A stretch of 64,000 nt of DNA from Callorhinchus milii (lineage: Eukaryota): positions 61,692,001-61,756,000 of the forward strand of contig NW_024704743.1 in assembly GCF_018977255.1 (NCBI RefSeq), in the 5' to 3' direction. The notes beneath the pieces were generated by a model. That model did no database searches, was not told where the DNA came from, and saw nothing but the letters and a program-made list of their open reading frames with translations. Of the stretch, positions 22,844-36,227 are shown one piece after another. Positions within the stretch are counted from its first letter, which is position 1. The number at the start of each line of letters is the position of its first letter. Made by a program: the position numbers and the translations under genes.

Positions 22844-24514
22844 AGATGCCTGGTAAGAAATCAAAGCATTAGGGATCAGAGTTGTACCTTGAGATACTGT
22901 TGGATTTGAACCAGCTAAAAGCTGTGTAGTTTACCAGTGTGAGGCACTGGTTAGCTTGCTATCCAGGTACCACTACTCTACCTGTTAATGTGGTGGTCAC
23001 ATCACCAATAGAAAGTTAATCAAGTTAAACACACAACTAAAAGTAAAACTGTCACCCACTTTACAGTAAGAAGCGTGATGAGACGTTCTCCCGATGTGAA
23101 AGGGGCTAACCCAAATATAAGGATTATTTGCGTTCGTCCACAAATATACAGTCAATTCACTTTACAGTGTGTTCTGTGAAGCGCTTTGGGACGTCCTCCT
23201 GACGTGAAAAGCGCTATATCAACTGCAAGGATTATTATTTATTATTATTACTATCATTTTATCGTATTTCTTAACGTTATACCCTAATGACTGAATTGTC
23301 AATAGGGAATCCAGATAATAACAAAACATACATCAGGCTGGCTCATAGGAATCCATTCTGAGTTCCTAGATTTTAATATTAATAATAATCCTTAATTTGA
23401 TAAACAAAACAACATTTGTAATTTAGTGCCTTATCGTGTTGTTGAGACGTCTCAAAGCGCTTCACACGATATATTGTAAAGTGAATTGACTGTATTCTAT
23501 TTTGCTGTGACACATTTCGACTTACCAGCACAATTTCTTAATATGACTTACAGCTGTTATTAAGGAATCCTATTGAGAAATATCTCATTATTGCACCCCA
23601 TTGACTGTTATTTTTGATGCTATTTTTATTACCTATATTAAAAAAATCAACAATTTTAAGTTTAAAAGGTTGTCTTTATTTCTTTATGGGAGTTTTTTTT
23701 CAAAAAAATGTTAATTCTCTGAAATCGGGACTGGGTCCTCTGGTCAATCTGCCTCTCCCTAGCCAGGTCAACCTATTGTAATGCTTACACACCACCCAGC
23801 CTAAAATGAGTTAATCCAACCATGATCCATCTCTGGATATCCCCATTCTAAATAGCTCAGTACAACATCACAATGCATTAACTTAATGAGGCACTGGGAA
23901 AGCTATTTTCAGTTATTTTGAATGGAGTTAATCATCTTACTGTTAAAGTTTTCTGGGAGTCTATTACACACACCACTAGTAAGGTCTCACAGACAATCTA
24001 AGTTAAATATCTGCTTACATATGAATTATTCATTCCTCTCAGCATGGTGAAAACTCAGGTCATTGCTTCCAATATAAATCAGTTCAATTCTGTGAGATGT
24101 TCTTCATAATTTAGATTTCTAATTCCTACAATTATCAACATATTAGTGTCAATTTAAATATATGATGATCAAATATCAATGCAATATTTTAAAATATGAA
24201 CTGCCAATAAGATGTGCAAAATTATTTTGGCCTATAGTCAAAATCTTCAAGCTGCTTCCCTAGATATGTTTAGCCTTGCTGCTATCAATTTCACATTGAC
24301 TGGATACTTTGAATGAATGATCAATATTCACATCCAAATCATTTTCCTTTTCCATCTCTGCTAATGGATATTCATTCATTATGTGTATGTTTCAAGTTTC
24401 CTGCATCAGTGTGCAATGCCTCACTTTTATCCACATTAAAATCCAACTACTGTATGGCTTTTGAACCCATCTGCTTAATCTGTCCAGATCCTTTACAACG
24501 TTGACTCTTACAGA

Positions 24515-24930
24515 AATAATAATGATAATCCTTATATTTGGTGCAGTGCATTTCATGTTGAGAGGACGTCTCAAAACACTTCAGAATATATACGTTACAT
24601 GCAGTGACTGTTGCTTTGTGGGTGAATACAGCAGCTAGTTTGCACACAATAATGTCCCACAAACAGGCATGAAATGAATGACCAATTTTAGTTAGGCCAA
24701 GCCATTGAGAGAAACTCCCTTCTCTTTTCGAATACTGTCATGGGATTTTTAATGTCCAACTGAACAGGCATTCAGTACCTCAGTTTAAAGTTTCACTCAA
24801 AGGACAGCATCTCCAATATTGCAACACCCTCTAATTGCATTGAATGGCAGCCTGGACTATATGAGTTCCAATTCCTGACATGGGGCTTGAACCCACAACC
24901 TTCTGACTCAGAGTGCTACCAACTGATCCA
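24515..24930 (-). mobile_element. Deu-domain SINE, near full length
   Basis: Head in reverse GGGGCTTGAACCCACAACCTTCTGACTCAGAGTGCTACCAACTGA, Deu core, (AAT)n tail at about 24515. Confidence 0.7.
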
Positions 24931-25724
24931 CGTACAGCAATCAGTCACATACTTTGACATTATCTGTGAATTTCATAATATTAATAGAATTATTCTCCAA
25001 ATTGTTTTTGCTAGTCTTAACAGCAGGGGGCTCTGGGTAGACTCCTGTTGAATACTGTACTACTCCACTAGTCACCACCTCTCAAACACAGATTTCTCAT
25101 TCACTTTCTGCTAACAGCTGCCAAAACAGCTTTCAATCAACAACAGCAACAACTTGCATTTATATAGCGACCTCCACACCGGGCAGCTTCCAAGCTAATT
25201 AAACCATTATTGGTTCATTAGAGTGAAACTTCAAAAAAAACATGCGGGTAACTTCATGAAGTTTTTATTTGAAATTTCAATAAATCATACCATTCATCTG
25301 CTAACTGATTTATTTCTAATCAATTTGTTCGACGTGATGTATCACTTTCATCAACTATTCCAGTGATTTTTAGATGAAAATTGATATAATTGTGCAAATA
25401 CTCTAAACTAAGTGTATTCCCATTAAACTGCATTAAACAAACTGTCTATGATGCCTTGATTCATTCCTCAATTATTTATTATTGGGATAATATTCATTAT
25501 ATTTCAGTCATTAGATACAGCCACTTCATTTATGAAATTCAGTTGCCTTAAATCTTGCCTATTTTTCCACTATTTCCGAGAGGATTCTGAGGTTTAATCT
25601 CATCTTGTCAAGATATCCTTTATTTTTCTGAGTTTATTCATAACACATACTTTATTGTTACAATATTCCCACACCAATTTGAAATAATAATCCTTGGATT
25701 TCGTATAGGGCTATTTATATCAGG

Positions 25725-25975
25725 CCAGCAACAGCAAGCTATGCAGTTTTAGCTGGTTAGACTCCAGCAGTGCCACAACACACACTCTGGGGTCCCCAAA
25801 CCTTGGTTCTGTGTCTAATACTTTCCAGAATTAGGTAGCACGATGCATCCCTCCAGGAAGAGAGTGCGCATTCTATTCCAAACGGGATTTTGCATGTGAA
25901 GGAGGGATGTATAGAATTCTCAGTCTGGTTTGGATACTTTTAAGCGTGGTGATGGGTTTCTGCCTGTGTCGGCTG
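25725..25975 (-). mobile_element. Unclassified dispersed repeat (end of the 45.3-kb element family)
   Basis: The reverse complement aligns by eye to about 45285-45535. Confidence 0.65.
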
Positions 25976-26999
25976 ATCAAAATAAAATCCCTTCAACTCA
26001 TTGGTTAACCAGATAAAATGTTTTAACTTGTGCCATGTTGTTGCCTGTGACACAGAACATATTTAGCCTGTACATTCAATCACTGAGCGAGCTTTCAACC
26101 ATTCTGCCCTCACTCTCTCAAATGTTTCCAAGTGTTTTAGAACTTTGTTTTCCCGATGTGAAAGGCACAATATAAATATACATTTGTGTTGAATTGTAAC
26201 TCTATCTGGAGTATCCCTGGCTTGCCCTTTCCTACCAATTATTAAAGCTATCTTAAGACCTATTTAGCAATCCTGATCGATAAAGAACCATGAACATTGA
26301 AAGACAACAAAATTAGGATTAGGAATGATGAACCCATAAACAAACAGCCATACACGTTCACTGCTCATGGTCACAAATCAGGATGTGTCCCTTAGGTGAT
26401 ATAGTAGGGCTTCAGCAGCAACTGTGGAAGGCGAAAGAAGAAAATGTGTGTGAAATTATTTGAAGGCTATTCTGTGCAGTTTATCACAGACGACCTCACC
26501 AGTGTGATGTGCAGTAAAATAGAGTATTCAAGCAGAAACCTTGCTTCCTTTGTTTTTTCATTTCAAACCTTGAAATGTGTCAAATTCACAAGGTAATGAA
26601 ACTCATTTGTGTGAGTCAAGAGCAAGTGTGTATTCCCAGAGGCCCCACCAATATGTGGTGTGAATGACCAAAAGCTGGCTCTTTTGATCCATTATCTTTA
26701 TCGCACCAAGTTACCTGGGGAAAGTAATCAGCTGATAAAAGGATTAGAACCAGTCTACAGAGCTTCTTAAGGCTGGATCTATTACATAAAAATAATAACA
26801 ATTCTACAAAATCTTCTTAAATCTATTTGTGCCCCCACTCTCTAAAACTCTCTCCCAAAATCTCTCTGCCTCACACCCTTTCCCCATGTTTTCCAAATCC
26901 TTCTGAAACCTACCTCTTCAACCATGCTTTTGGTCACATTCCCCTTTCTCCTCTCTCACTTTTGCCGTCTCCGGTCCCATTTTATATACATATAACAAT

Positions 27000-27505
27000 A
27001 ATAATTCTTGCATTTATTACAACAACAATAGCAACAAATTGGATTTATATAGCGCCCTCCACCCCAGACGGTGTCTCAGAGCGCTTCACAATAACAGATC
27101 CTAGGCCCGAGCCAGGGGGAGGGGGAGGAATCTGACCAAAGGTGCGGTTGAAAAGGAAGATCTTTAGCCGAGAGAAAGGTCTTTAGCCGAGAATAGTGTC
27201 TATCCCATCATCGAGACATCGCAAAGCATTTTGCAGGATATACTGTAAAGTGAATTGACTATTTTTGGGGGCAAACCGCAGCAGCCAATTTGCACACAGC
27301 AGTGTCCCACAAACAGTCATGGATTGAGTGACCAAAAATTTAGTTTTTTTGAATGTATTATTATTACCCCTGGAAAAGCAATCTGCCAATTGACTAACAA
27401 CCAGGTTTCTCCTTCCTGCTAGGTAAACAGAGGCATGTGGGGTAACGAAACTTGATTAGGTTTCGAACTGGGTCCTCTCGCTTCCGAGACAACTGTGCTA
27501 ACGAT
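27000..27505 (-). mobile_element. Long-variant SINE with an L2 3' end (about 27020-27175) inserted in its tail
   Basis: SINE tail TAATAATTCTTGCATTT, then the L2 tail, then the SINE body resumes at about 27193. Confidence 0.7.
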
Positions 27506-27679
27506 TACAGTATACAAAGTGCTTCAATACTTGAAAAGTGTTATATAACTGCAAGTTGCTCTTGTTGTACATTAGCATCACTGTAATGTAAATGTAGAAT
27601 GATTTGCAGTATTGCTGCAGTATCCAAAATGAACAAGAATCCCCCTATCCCATCAAAAGTGTTAATATAAATAAGCAGT

Positions 27680-28700
27680 GATCTGTATCTCAACTCCAAT
27701 TACCTGCCCTTGCCCCATATCCCTTAACATCCTGACCTAACAAATACATATTTATCTTCGTCTTGAAAATATGAGTGGATCCAGCAGCCACAGCCTTTTG
27801 TGGGAAAGAGTCCCAGATTTCCACTACATGAAAATCTACCTCCTGATTTCATTCCTAAAGGGCCTAGTTTTAATTTTAAGATTATGCCCTCTGGTTCTGG
27901 ATTCCCCTCCAGCGGAAATAGTTTCTCTGTATCTACCCTATCAAATCCCTTTATTATTTTAAAAACCTCAATCAGATCACCCTCAGCCTTCTAAACTCAA
28001 GGGAATACAGACCAGGTTTATGCAACCTGTCCTCATAATTTAACCCTTTAAGCCCAGGTATCATTCTGGTGAACATAGTACTAAGCTGTTTCTTAAATGA
28101 GTCCATTCCTGGCCTCAACCAACCTTCTTGGTAATTAGTTCCAATTATTAATTAGCATCTAGGTAAAGAAATAATTTCCTGGCATCTGTCATGAAATTGT
28201 CCTTTGCAACTCTGTGTTCTCTTGTTCTGTTGCCTGGTGTATCTGAAAGTATTATTTTGGGTTTTTCTTTCTCTTTCCCATTTTCCCATTCCCATTTTCT
28301 TTCTCTTTCCCATTTCTCTTCAACCATGCCTTCAGCTCCTCTCTCGACTCTCTACTCCCTCCTCGCTCCCTCCTTTCGCTCCCCTCACCCTGACCATTTC
28401 CCCCCTGCTCGGGTCCCGACCCAACTGTCCAGCGCCTTGGGACGTCCTCCCGACGTGAAGGGTGCTCTATAAATGCAATCTTGTTGTTGTTGTTAAAATC
28501 TTAAACGCCTCTATAAGGTTCTCTCTAAGACGTCAATTTTCAAGGCTAAAGAGGCCTAGTTTCCCTAATCATTCCTCTAATACTGGGGATCATCCTGCCT
28601 TCATTGCTTTCTTGGTGAGGTCCTTTGAAACACTGCTCCCCCTTCCACGTAATTAGGACAGACCAGCTGTTCAGTGAGAAGCCTTCTGTATAGTTCAGTG
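27680..28700 (-). mobile_element. Degenerate CR1 3' fragments with a nested + strand L2 tail (about 28320-28493)
   Basis: TTTTAAGATTATGCCCTCTGGTTCTGGATTCCCC and ATCAGATCACCCTCAGCCTTCTAAACTC are typical CR1 antisense segments. The L2 tail ends in (GTT)n at about 28493. Confidence 0.65.
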
Positions 28701-29099
28701 GCGCATTCGAGTAATATACTATTGAACCATTACAGGGAAACTACAATTCTTATTTATCATTCCTGATATTTTGTTACTTTTTTTATTAGAAACATAATTG
28801 AGCTTTGTAAAATTACTGAAAGTGTTTCATATGTGTTTTTTTTAGAATGAATACATCTATATAAGGAATAAGGGACAGTATAACACCCAAGAGAGTAATT
28901 AACGATTGGAACAGATTGCAAATTAGAGTGTTTGAGGTCTGGACACTAGACTTGTGTAACATTTAAAATTTAAGAAAATGGTCTTATGCCTGAAAATGGG
29001 ACAATTTGTTGGCCCCAGATACAGTCTTACCGAGATCATTTGCCATTTTAAAGTCATCTCATTCATCTGAGGTGTACATGTTAATCAGACTGTCAATAT

Positions 29100-29750
29100 G
29101 ACTTTAGAATTTATTGGATTATATGAGAAAGTTACAAATTTAGTGGACAGGGTTGAGGTAATCAATATTATTTACCTTTATTTTAGAAAGATAATGGATA
29201 CTCTTCCACTGTAATAGAATAGTACAGAATATTTCATCCCATGAGAAAGATGGCAATGTATTAAATTTGATTAAAAATGGTAGAAAGCAATGTGAAATGC
29301 TGTTTGCAGAAGTATTTGGTTAGTTTATAGTGTTTTATTTATTACTATGTATACATTTTATAAATGCTTGGAAGACTTGTATCCTATCATAGGAGTCTAA
29401 ATTTGCAGTAGATACCCTGTAGAATATCAAATTATGAGAATCAATGTGCACAAATTCAGAGGGATCAGGTGAGGCAGGGCATTTGGGCAGAAAGGTAAAA
29501 TATCCAGTTTAATAGAGAGAAATGTAAAGTTATGAGATTTAGCAGAAGAAAGGTCAGAGTAGAAGATTTGCTAAATAGTATTTGAAAAATCAAAAGAGGG
29601 GAGAAATCTTGAGGTTTGATAAATGATAACTGAAACTGTTCCCGGGTAGTTAAAAAAGCAAATAAAATATCGGGATGCTTTGCTGATGAGATAACGTAAA
29701 ATTCCCAGAAGTGATTTTAAAATGACGACTGATCTCAGTAAGATTACATC
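29100..29750 (+). mobile_element. Highly degenerate CR1 RT region
   Basis: Remnants of VDxIYLDFxK, SKFAxDT and W..W.I.FN..KCKVM motifs with many stop codons. Confidence 0.5.
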
Positions 29751-29779
29751 TGCGGTCCCAAAATAGTCACATTTTTAGA

Positions 29780-30430
29780 TTACCCTCTGAGTCAGACAGT
29801 TGTAGATTGAAGCCCCACATTGTTATTTGGAATTCATATAATCTATGCTGACACTCTGGTGCAGTATTAAGGTGTGCTGTAAAAACAGCAACTTGTGCCT
29901 CTCAGGCAGGGTACTTGTAGTACTTAACAATGGTGGAGCTTTGATGCTGAGGTGATGAAAGGCACAGTGAAGAGGAAAGTCTTTTGGTGAGATAATGAAG
30001 ATGGGCAAGGAGGGGGTAATGCGGAGGGATGAGTCATGGAGCCCCACAGTTTGGGGGCATGTATTGTAGCTGAAAGCACGGTCACTGATGGTGTAGTGGA
30101 GAGATGAGGTTCACAAACAAAGGACTTCAATGTAGGAGGTGTAGTCCTTTGGATGAGATGTTAATTTGAGGTTAAGCGGATGTTAAAGATTCCATGGCAC
30201 TATTTGAAAAGCGAAGCAAGTTTCTCCCAATGTCCTGGCCAACAATCCCTCAAATAAAATTATTAACTTCTGTTTGTGGGACATTGCAGTGCACAGATTG
30301 GCTGCCACGTCTGCCCCCCATCCCCCACCCCACACAAAACACATAGTAACTCCACTTTACATTATATCCTTTGAAGGACTGTGAGATATCCTCCTGACAT
30401 GAAATGAGATGTAACAAATATAAGAATAAT
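29780..30430 (+). mobile_element. Deu SINE interrupted by a - strand L2 tail (about 29885-30150)
   Basis: Head CCTCTGAGTCAGACAGTTGTAG. The Deu core resumes at GTCCTTTGGATGAGATGTTAA (about 30145). Confidence 0.6.
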
Positions 30431-30449
30431 TTATTTAGTTTACTGACAT

Positions 30450-31095
30450 CTGCTTCTACCCTCAATTCCGTTGCTGTTATGATCAACTGACTATCAGACA
30501 TCCAGTCCTGAAGGAGTCTTAACTTTCTTCACATGAACATCAGCAAACCAAAGCCACCCTGTCCAGCTGTTTCTTATGCCTCTTGCTTTTTAACTCCATC
30601 TACCTCCCTAGTTGTTCATTCTAAGCCAGTGTAATCTTCACATTTTGCTTCACCCAAAGAAAACCACAGCCTACATCTTCTACAGTAACACCCCCATTTT
30701 CACCAGGCTCTACTGCCTCCCGATACCCTACTAGTGGATTGACTTCAAGACTCTCATTTTGATCTTCAAATTCCTCCACTCTACTTTGAAATCTCCTGGA
30801 GCCGTATTCACTCTTCTAACTCTGGTCTATTGTTTGTTCTTCATGCTCTTCATCCTACTAGTGGCTTAAATGTCAGCCATTATGGACCTGCTCTAAGTTA
30901 CTCTCTTCCAAATTGCTTTGGTTTTGTGATTTCTCACTCTGCATTCAAAATCCTCTTAAACCCTATCTTATGCTTTTGGTTAGCACCCTCAAACTCTGCC
31001 CTCTTTCCTCCCTGCTTGGCAATCCCCATCAGCATTGTGAAGACTTCAAGACTTTTATCCAACATGAAAGGTATTATGTACGTACAAGTTGCTGT
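30450..31095 (+). mobile_element. Degenerate L2 3' fragment
   Basis: CAACTGACTATCAGACATCCAGTCCTG...GATTGACTTCAAGACTCTCA...tail CAAGTTGCTGTTG. Confidence 0.55.
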
Positions 31096-31791
31096 TGAAT
31101 GGAACATTTGATTTGTGTGTTGTTAACCTTGCTTTACATTTTCCAATTCAATCCAATTATATTTCCCTGTCTTCCATTGAACTGTTGTCTTTGACAAGAT
31201 TAGTTTCCTGTGGGATGTCTTTATTGATTGTATTCGTTCTCAACAATATTACCATATGTACCATTATTATTATTATATTATGTAAATAATTCATAACTAA
31301 CTGCCTTTCTTGGCCATACAGAAAATGAATCCTGAATTCCCCCTCCAAAAAAAATAATCACAGCATCAGTTTTGGAGGCTCAATAAATATTTACTGGAAA
31401 ACTGAAATATATTAAGAGATTGATAACTCCTAATGTTGTTTACTCAGAACTGTTGACTTTTAATACTCTCATCATTTGGGCTGCTATGTTGTATTGTGAA
31501 CAACAGTTAGATCTTTCTTGACTTTGGAGACTTCTCATTTTCTGCAAAGTTATTCTGATATTCTTTCAGGAATCCCAACAATCACGTCTGTTTGATGTTT
31601 GCATTCTTTTTTGGGATTGTGGTATTCAATATGTTGAGGGAATTTAAAGGATGTTGAATGGAGGTTAAGTGAAGATAATGGATATGTAATGCACTTACAG
31701 ATGCACTTCAGTTGAAAATGTGCCCAAAAGATCCCTATAGTATTGAAAGAAAGAGCAGTGAGGAATCCTATTGAACAAAATCATGTTTGTT

Positions 31792-32114
31792 TAATAATAA
31801 TAATAATAATAATCCTTGCATTTGATATAGTGCTTTTCACGTCTTCTAGACATCCCAAAGCGCTTCACAGAATATACTGTAAAGTGAATTGACTGCATAT
31901 TTGTGGGCGAACGCGGCAGCCAATTGCGCACAGCAATGTCCCACAAACAGTCATGGATTGAAAATGACCAATTTATTATTGTTTTTGGCTTTGGAGGGAT
32001 TATTATTAGGCGTGTGGAGTAAGGAAACTTGCCCAAGGTTTCGCCCTGCCTGGAATTGAGCTCAGGTCTCTCACTTGCAAGGCGAGTGCTCTAACCACTG
32101 AGCTACAGGACTCC
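31792..32114 (-). mobile_element. Full-length tRNA-derived SINE, short variant
   Basis: Head GGAGTCCTGTAGCTCAGTGGTTAGAGCACTCGCC (A box), B-box-like GAGCTCAATTCC, (ATT)n tail. Confidence 0.92.
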
Positions 32115-33599
32115 ACATGCTCCCCGCACCCCCCACTGAAAAAATGCTGGCAGAAAATCACCCACCCTCCCCACCCACGTCTGCTTTTGTTGATTAAAGG
32201 AGCAAGCTGTAATGTGCCCATCCTCCCAACCCACCAATCGCGCACACACAGCCCCCGTGATGATGTACCGCCCTCCATCCCCCACCCTCCCAAAGGGCGA
32301 GATTAATGCTGATTTCTGAATGCTCTGCAGTGAAACTTTTTTAAACCCAGCGTTTTTCTGATTCTATCGCTATAACTTGTTCCCCTCCTCCACTCCCACC
32401 CCCATGCCCCCCACCACTACCACAGCCCCTCCCAACCAGGTCTCTCCCCCCACCACCGCCAAAAATCTCCAGCATGGAGGAGCTCAATAAATAAAAGTGG
32501 AGCAGAAAGGAGAGGGGGCGTTTTTAAGACTTTGCCTGTCGGAGGCGTGCGGGTGGAATTGGGGAAAACAAGTGACTTTACCCCCCACCCCACCCCAAAA
32601 CTCACTGCTTGTCATGACGACCAGAGCAATGAGCCTGTGGGGACCTCCAGTTTCACTGAGCTGCTCTCCCCAATCCAGAATCAACCCTTTTCCACGAACA
32701 CACCCATATTTGGGATCATCTCCACCATTGTTTCATCTCCATACAGACTTATTATTGTTAGGCTTTGAGATGGAAAAACAGTTAAGGAATATAAATTCTC
32801 CATGGGACCTATACTGTTAAGAACATATAAATAGCATACAAAGTGTGAAGTGAGAAAAGGCCATTTGGCCCATCAAATCCATATCTGTCACAAACTATCA
32901 AAACCGATCCCACCATAGACTGCCCCAACCTACCCAAGCCTGAAAAATGTTCTGTATGATGCTTCCTGATACCCACAGGATCAATGATGGAAACACTCCA
33001 GAATATTCATGTTATATTCACATCTATTCTATTGAAACCTGGATTCCTTTTATCTGTAGACAACCACCCTCCCATAGCAAAAAGATGATTATATTCCTTG
33101 ACATTTACCATTCCTAGTTCCTGCAACAATGTTCATAAGTGAATACACATACTGTCAATTCACTTTACAGCATATTCCATGTAGCACTTTGAAACGTCGA
33201 GAAGACGTGAAAAGCACTATATCAAATGCAAGGATTATTATTATTATATTATTATTACACACCCAGTTCTCTTTTGAAGGAGTTAATCTTTGCTGCTGTA
33301 GTTGGGAGTCTGTTCCACATTAAAAAAAACAGATATGAAACACTGGCAACAAAAACACAGCCTTAATAAACAGTGTTGCAAATGGGGATGTCCTTCTGAT
33401 AATTAGAAATGTGACATCCTGATCGGTAGGAACTCTGCTCAGAAAGCAGATTGTGTTGGATGAGAGATCGTTCTCATGCTTGGAGTTCCTGAATGCCCTA
33501 ATATGTGCTTTCTCAGAGGATTTTGTTTGCCAGTTTGTTGCAGCATGAAACTCTGGTATATTATGGCAGGGCATCAAATTAAGCTACTTAATTAAGGAG

Positions 33600-34170
33600 A
33601 ATGGGGAAGTTAGGAGAATTTTTTTCAAGCACGGAGTTGATAGGCTCTGGAATGCCCTGCCCTGCCAGGAATGATGGTTGAGACAGAATCGATATTAGCT
33701 TTCAAAAGAAAACTAGACAAATCCCTAAAAGGGAGTAAGTTTTAGGGGGAAAGACAGATTAATGTGACTGAATAATAATAATAATAATAATAATCCTTGC
33801 ATTTGATATAACGCTTTTCACGTCAGGAGGACGTCCCAAAGCGCTTCACAGAACACACTGTAAAGTGAATTGACTGTATATTTGTGGGCGAATCCGGCAG
33901 CCAATTGAGCACAGCAATGTCCTACAAACACTCGTGGATTGAAAATGACCAATTTATTATTGTTTTTGGTTTTGGAGGGATTATTATTAGGCGTGTGGAG
34001 TAAGGAAACTTGCCCAAGGTTTCGCCCTGCCTGGAATTGAACTCAGGTCTCTCACTTGCAAAGCGAGTGCTCTAACCACTGAGCTACAGGACTGAAAGGA
34101 TTGCTCCTAAAGGAGCCAGGGCAGACACGATGGACGGAATGGCTTTCTTCAGTTCTGTAATTTTTTGTGG
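33600..34170 (+). mobile_element. CR1 3' end split by a SINE
   Basis: RVDRLWNALP-type translation at about 33630. The CR1 tail (GACACGATGGACGGAATGGCTTTCTTC) continues after the SINE. Confidence 0.7.
33773..34089 (-). mobile_element. Near-full-length tRNA-derived SINE, short variant, with TSD
   Basis: Homologous to 31792-32114. TSD GACTGAA at 33766-33772 and 34090-34096. Confidence 0.92.
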
Positions 34171-35324
34171 TTCTATGGACTGAAGGACTTTTTGTGTTTT
34201 TCATTTCAGAGAAACACCAAAAGGAGAGAGAATAAAAGAAGCAAAGAAACAATTCAGGAATAAAACAAAACAACAACAACAAATAACAACAAAAAGAACC
34301 ATTGGAAACAAATGACGGAAAACAGAGTCAAAAGGGAAACACAGCAACAATAATAAGCAAAGGCAATTATGAGAACTAACGGGAATTAAAAGTAATAGAA
34401 TATTATTATTTTTAAAACATGCTGCCTGCATGATGGCTTGCATAACTGTGAATGCAAACATTTTTTATATCAGGGTTTAAAATGGTACTGAAGTATACAC
34501 TTGAATACTTAAGAGAAGCAGGCTTGTCTCCAGAGTTCCCACGTCATTTTAATAGACTATTTGCAGAAGAGAATGAACCAGAAAACAAAATGTCAAATAG
34601 CAGATATCTTAAACACAAGAGAAATCTTGCAGCCTACACTGAGGAAACATGTTAATTAGAACCTGTGTGTAATCTTGGCATTTTGTTATCCTTTAAGCCT
34701 TGCATCTGGTCCCCGACCCAGTCTGCCTTTCTGCATCTCACACCTCCGTTTAGTTAGCAGGAACCCAGTTGTTAGTCGATTGGCGTATCAATCACAACAG
34801 TTTGTGGGACACTGCCATGTGCAATTGGCTGCTGGGTTTTGCCCACAAAATATGCAGTCAATTCACTTTACAGCATATTCTGTGAAGCGCTTTGGGCTCG
34901 AAGACATGATAAGGCCCTATATCAAATGCAAGGATTATTATTGTTATTATATTGCCCACCTTCAACTCTATCTTACCCACAAAATACCTGAAACCTTCAT
35001 TCACATCCTTGCACCTCTAGTCTTGATTTCCCTATTGCTTTCTTTACCGGCCTTCTTACTTTAACCCTCCATAAGCTCCTAATATCCAAAATGCTACAGC
35101 CTGTATCCTTTCCCACTCCAGACTATGTGTGCCCATCACCCCCAATGTTGGCAAGCTCCACTAGTTCTCCATTCTCCAGTGGATGGACTTCAAGATGCTC
35201 ATTGTTACTCTCAAGTTCCTCAAGCTCCGTGACCCATGTCTGAAATGTCCTCAACCCTTGTCCACTCCTTACAGACATACTTCACATCACCATCCACTCT
35301 GCTCCACATTTTTTTTTCCAGCAC

Positions 35325-35830
35325 ATGCAGATACCCAGCATCATGCTTAAGAGATTGAGAGTTCCACATATGTATGTTCCCTATTCATGGACATTTCCCT
35401 GTATCTGCTTTGAAATATGCACTCTCTCCTTGAAGGGATACATCCAACCTACCTAATTCCAAAGAGTATTTGACATAGATTGTAGAGAGCCAAGGCTTGA
35501 CAAACTAGATTGTGTGGGGGGTACTGCTGGAGTTTAACCAGCTAATATCACGTAGCTTGGAATTGAAAGCGCTGTCCTCCCACTAGTTGTCCAGTTAACC
35601 ACTGGGGCTTTGACTTGCAGTGCTAACAAGAGCTGAGTAGGAAGAATCCATTATTCGGAGAGCTTAGTTCCAAGTCCTGCCAATGAACCTGTGCCGTCAT
35701 CAGCAGTGCCCTGGAGAACTGAACTCACCTGGCTCAGGAACCGGACTACTGATATAGCTGCAGAGGATTAACTCATTTCTGACATTTCTATTGGCAAGCA
35801 CATCATCTTGGAACCATTTCAGCTCCACTT
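35325..35830 (+). mobile_element. Unclassified ~500-bp dispersed repeat (same family as the 45.3-kb element), within L2 remnants
   Basis: Shares GAGTTTAACCAGCTAA, GTCATCAGCAGTGCCCTGGA, CTCAGGAACCGGACTA and CAAGCAC..C..CTTGGA with 45300-45840. Confidence 0.65.
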
Positions 35831-36227
35831 ACCCACATCGACAAAAAAGCTGTCAGATGCTGTGCCCCCACTCTCTGAAGCTCTCTCCTCAAATTTCTCC
35901 CACCCACACATCCCTCTCTGTTTTCAAAACCCTTCAATAAACCTACCTCTTTGATTGATTGGGTCATCTGCCTGCTTTTCCCCTTCCATCCTGCTTGGTC
36001 CTCTATTCCCCCTATGTGTAGTCTTTAGAGATGTTTTCCTTTGTCAGAGGCACAGTATACATGCTAATTATTGTTGCAGAGATCGAAGTTTGAAATCCTT
36101 GAGAAATAAAGGGTGTTTTACACTTGTATTGTTCCCTTCTTCCCTCTACCTCCCTCCAAATCCATGGACTGGGGAAGAAATAACTGGGAGAAAGAAGTGA
36201 TCTGTTAAGGTTTGCATGTTAGAGTTT

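Noticed and set aside
32040..32114. tRNA-like sequences with A and B boxes (also at 34.0, 48.2 and 50.0 kb)
   Set aside because: These are SINE heads continuing into SINE bodies, not tRNA genes.
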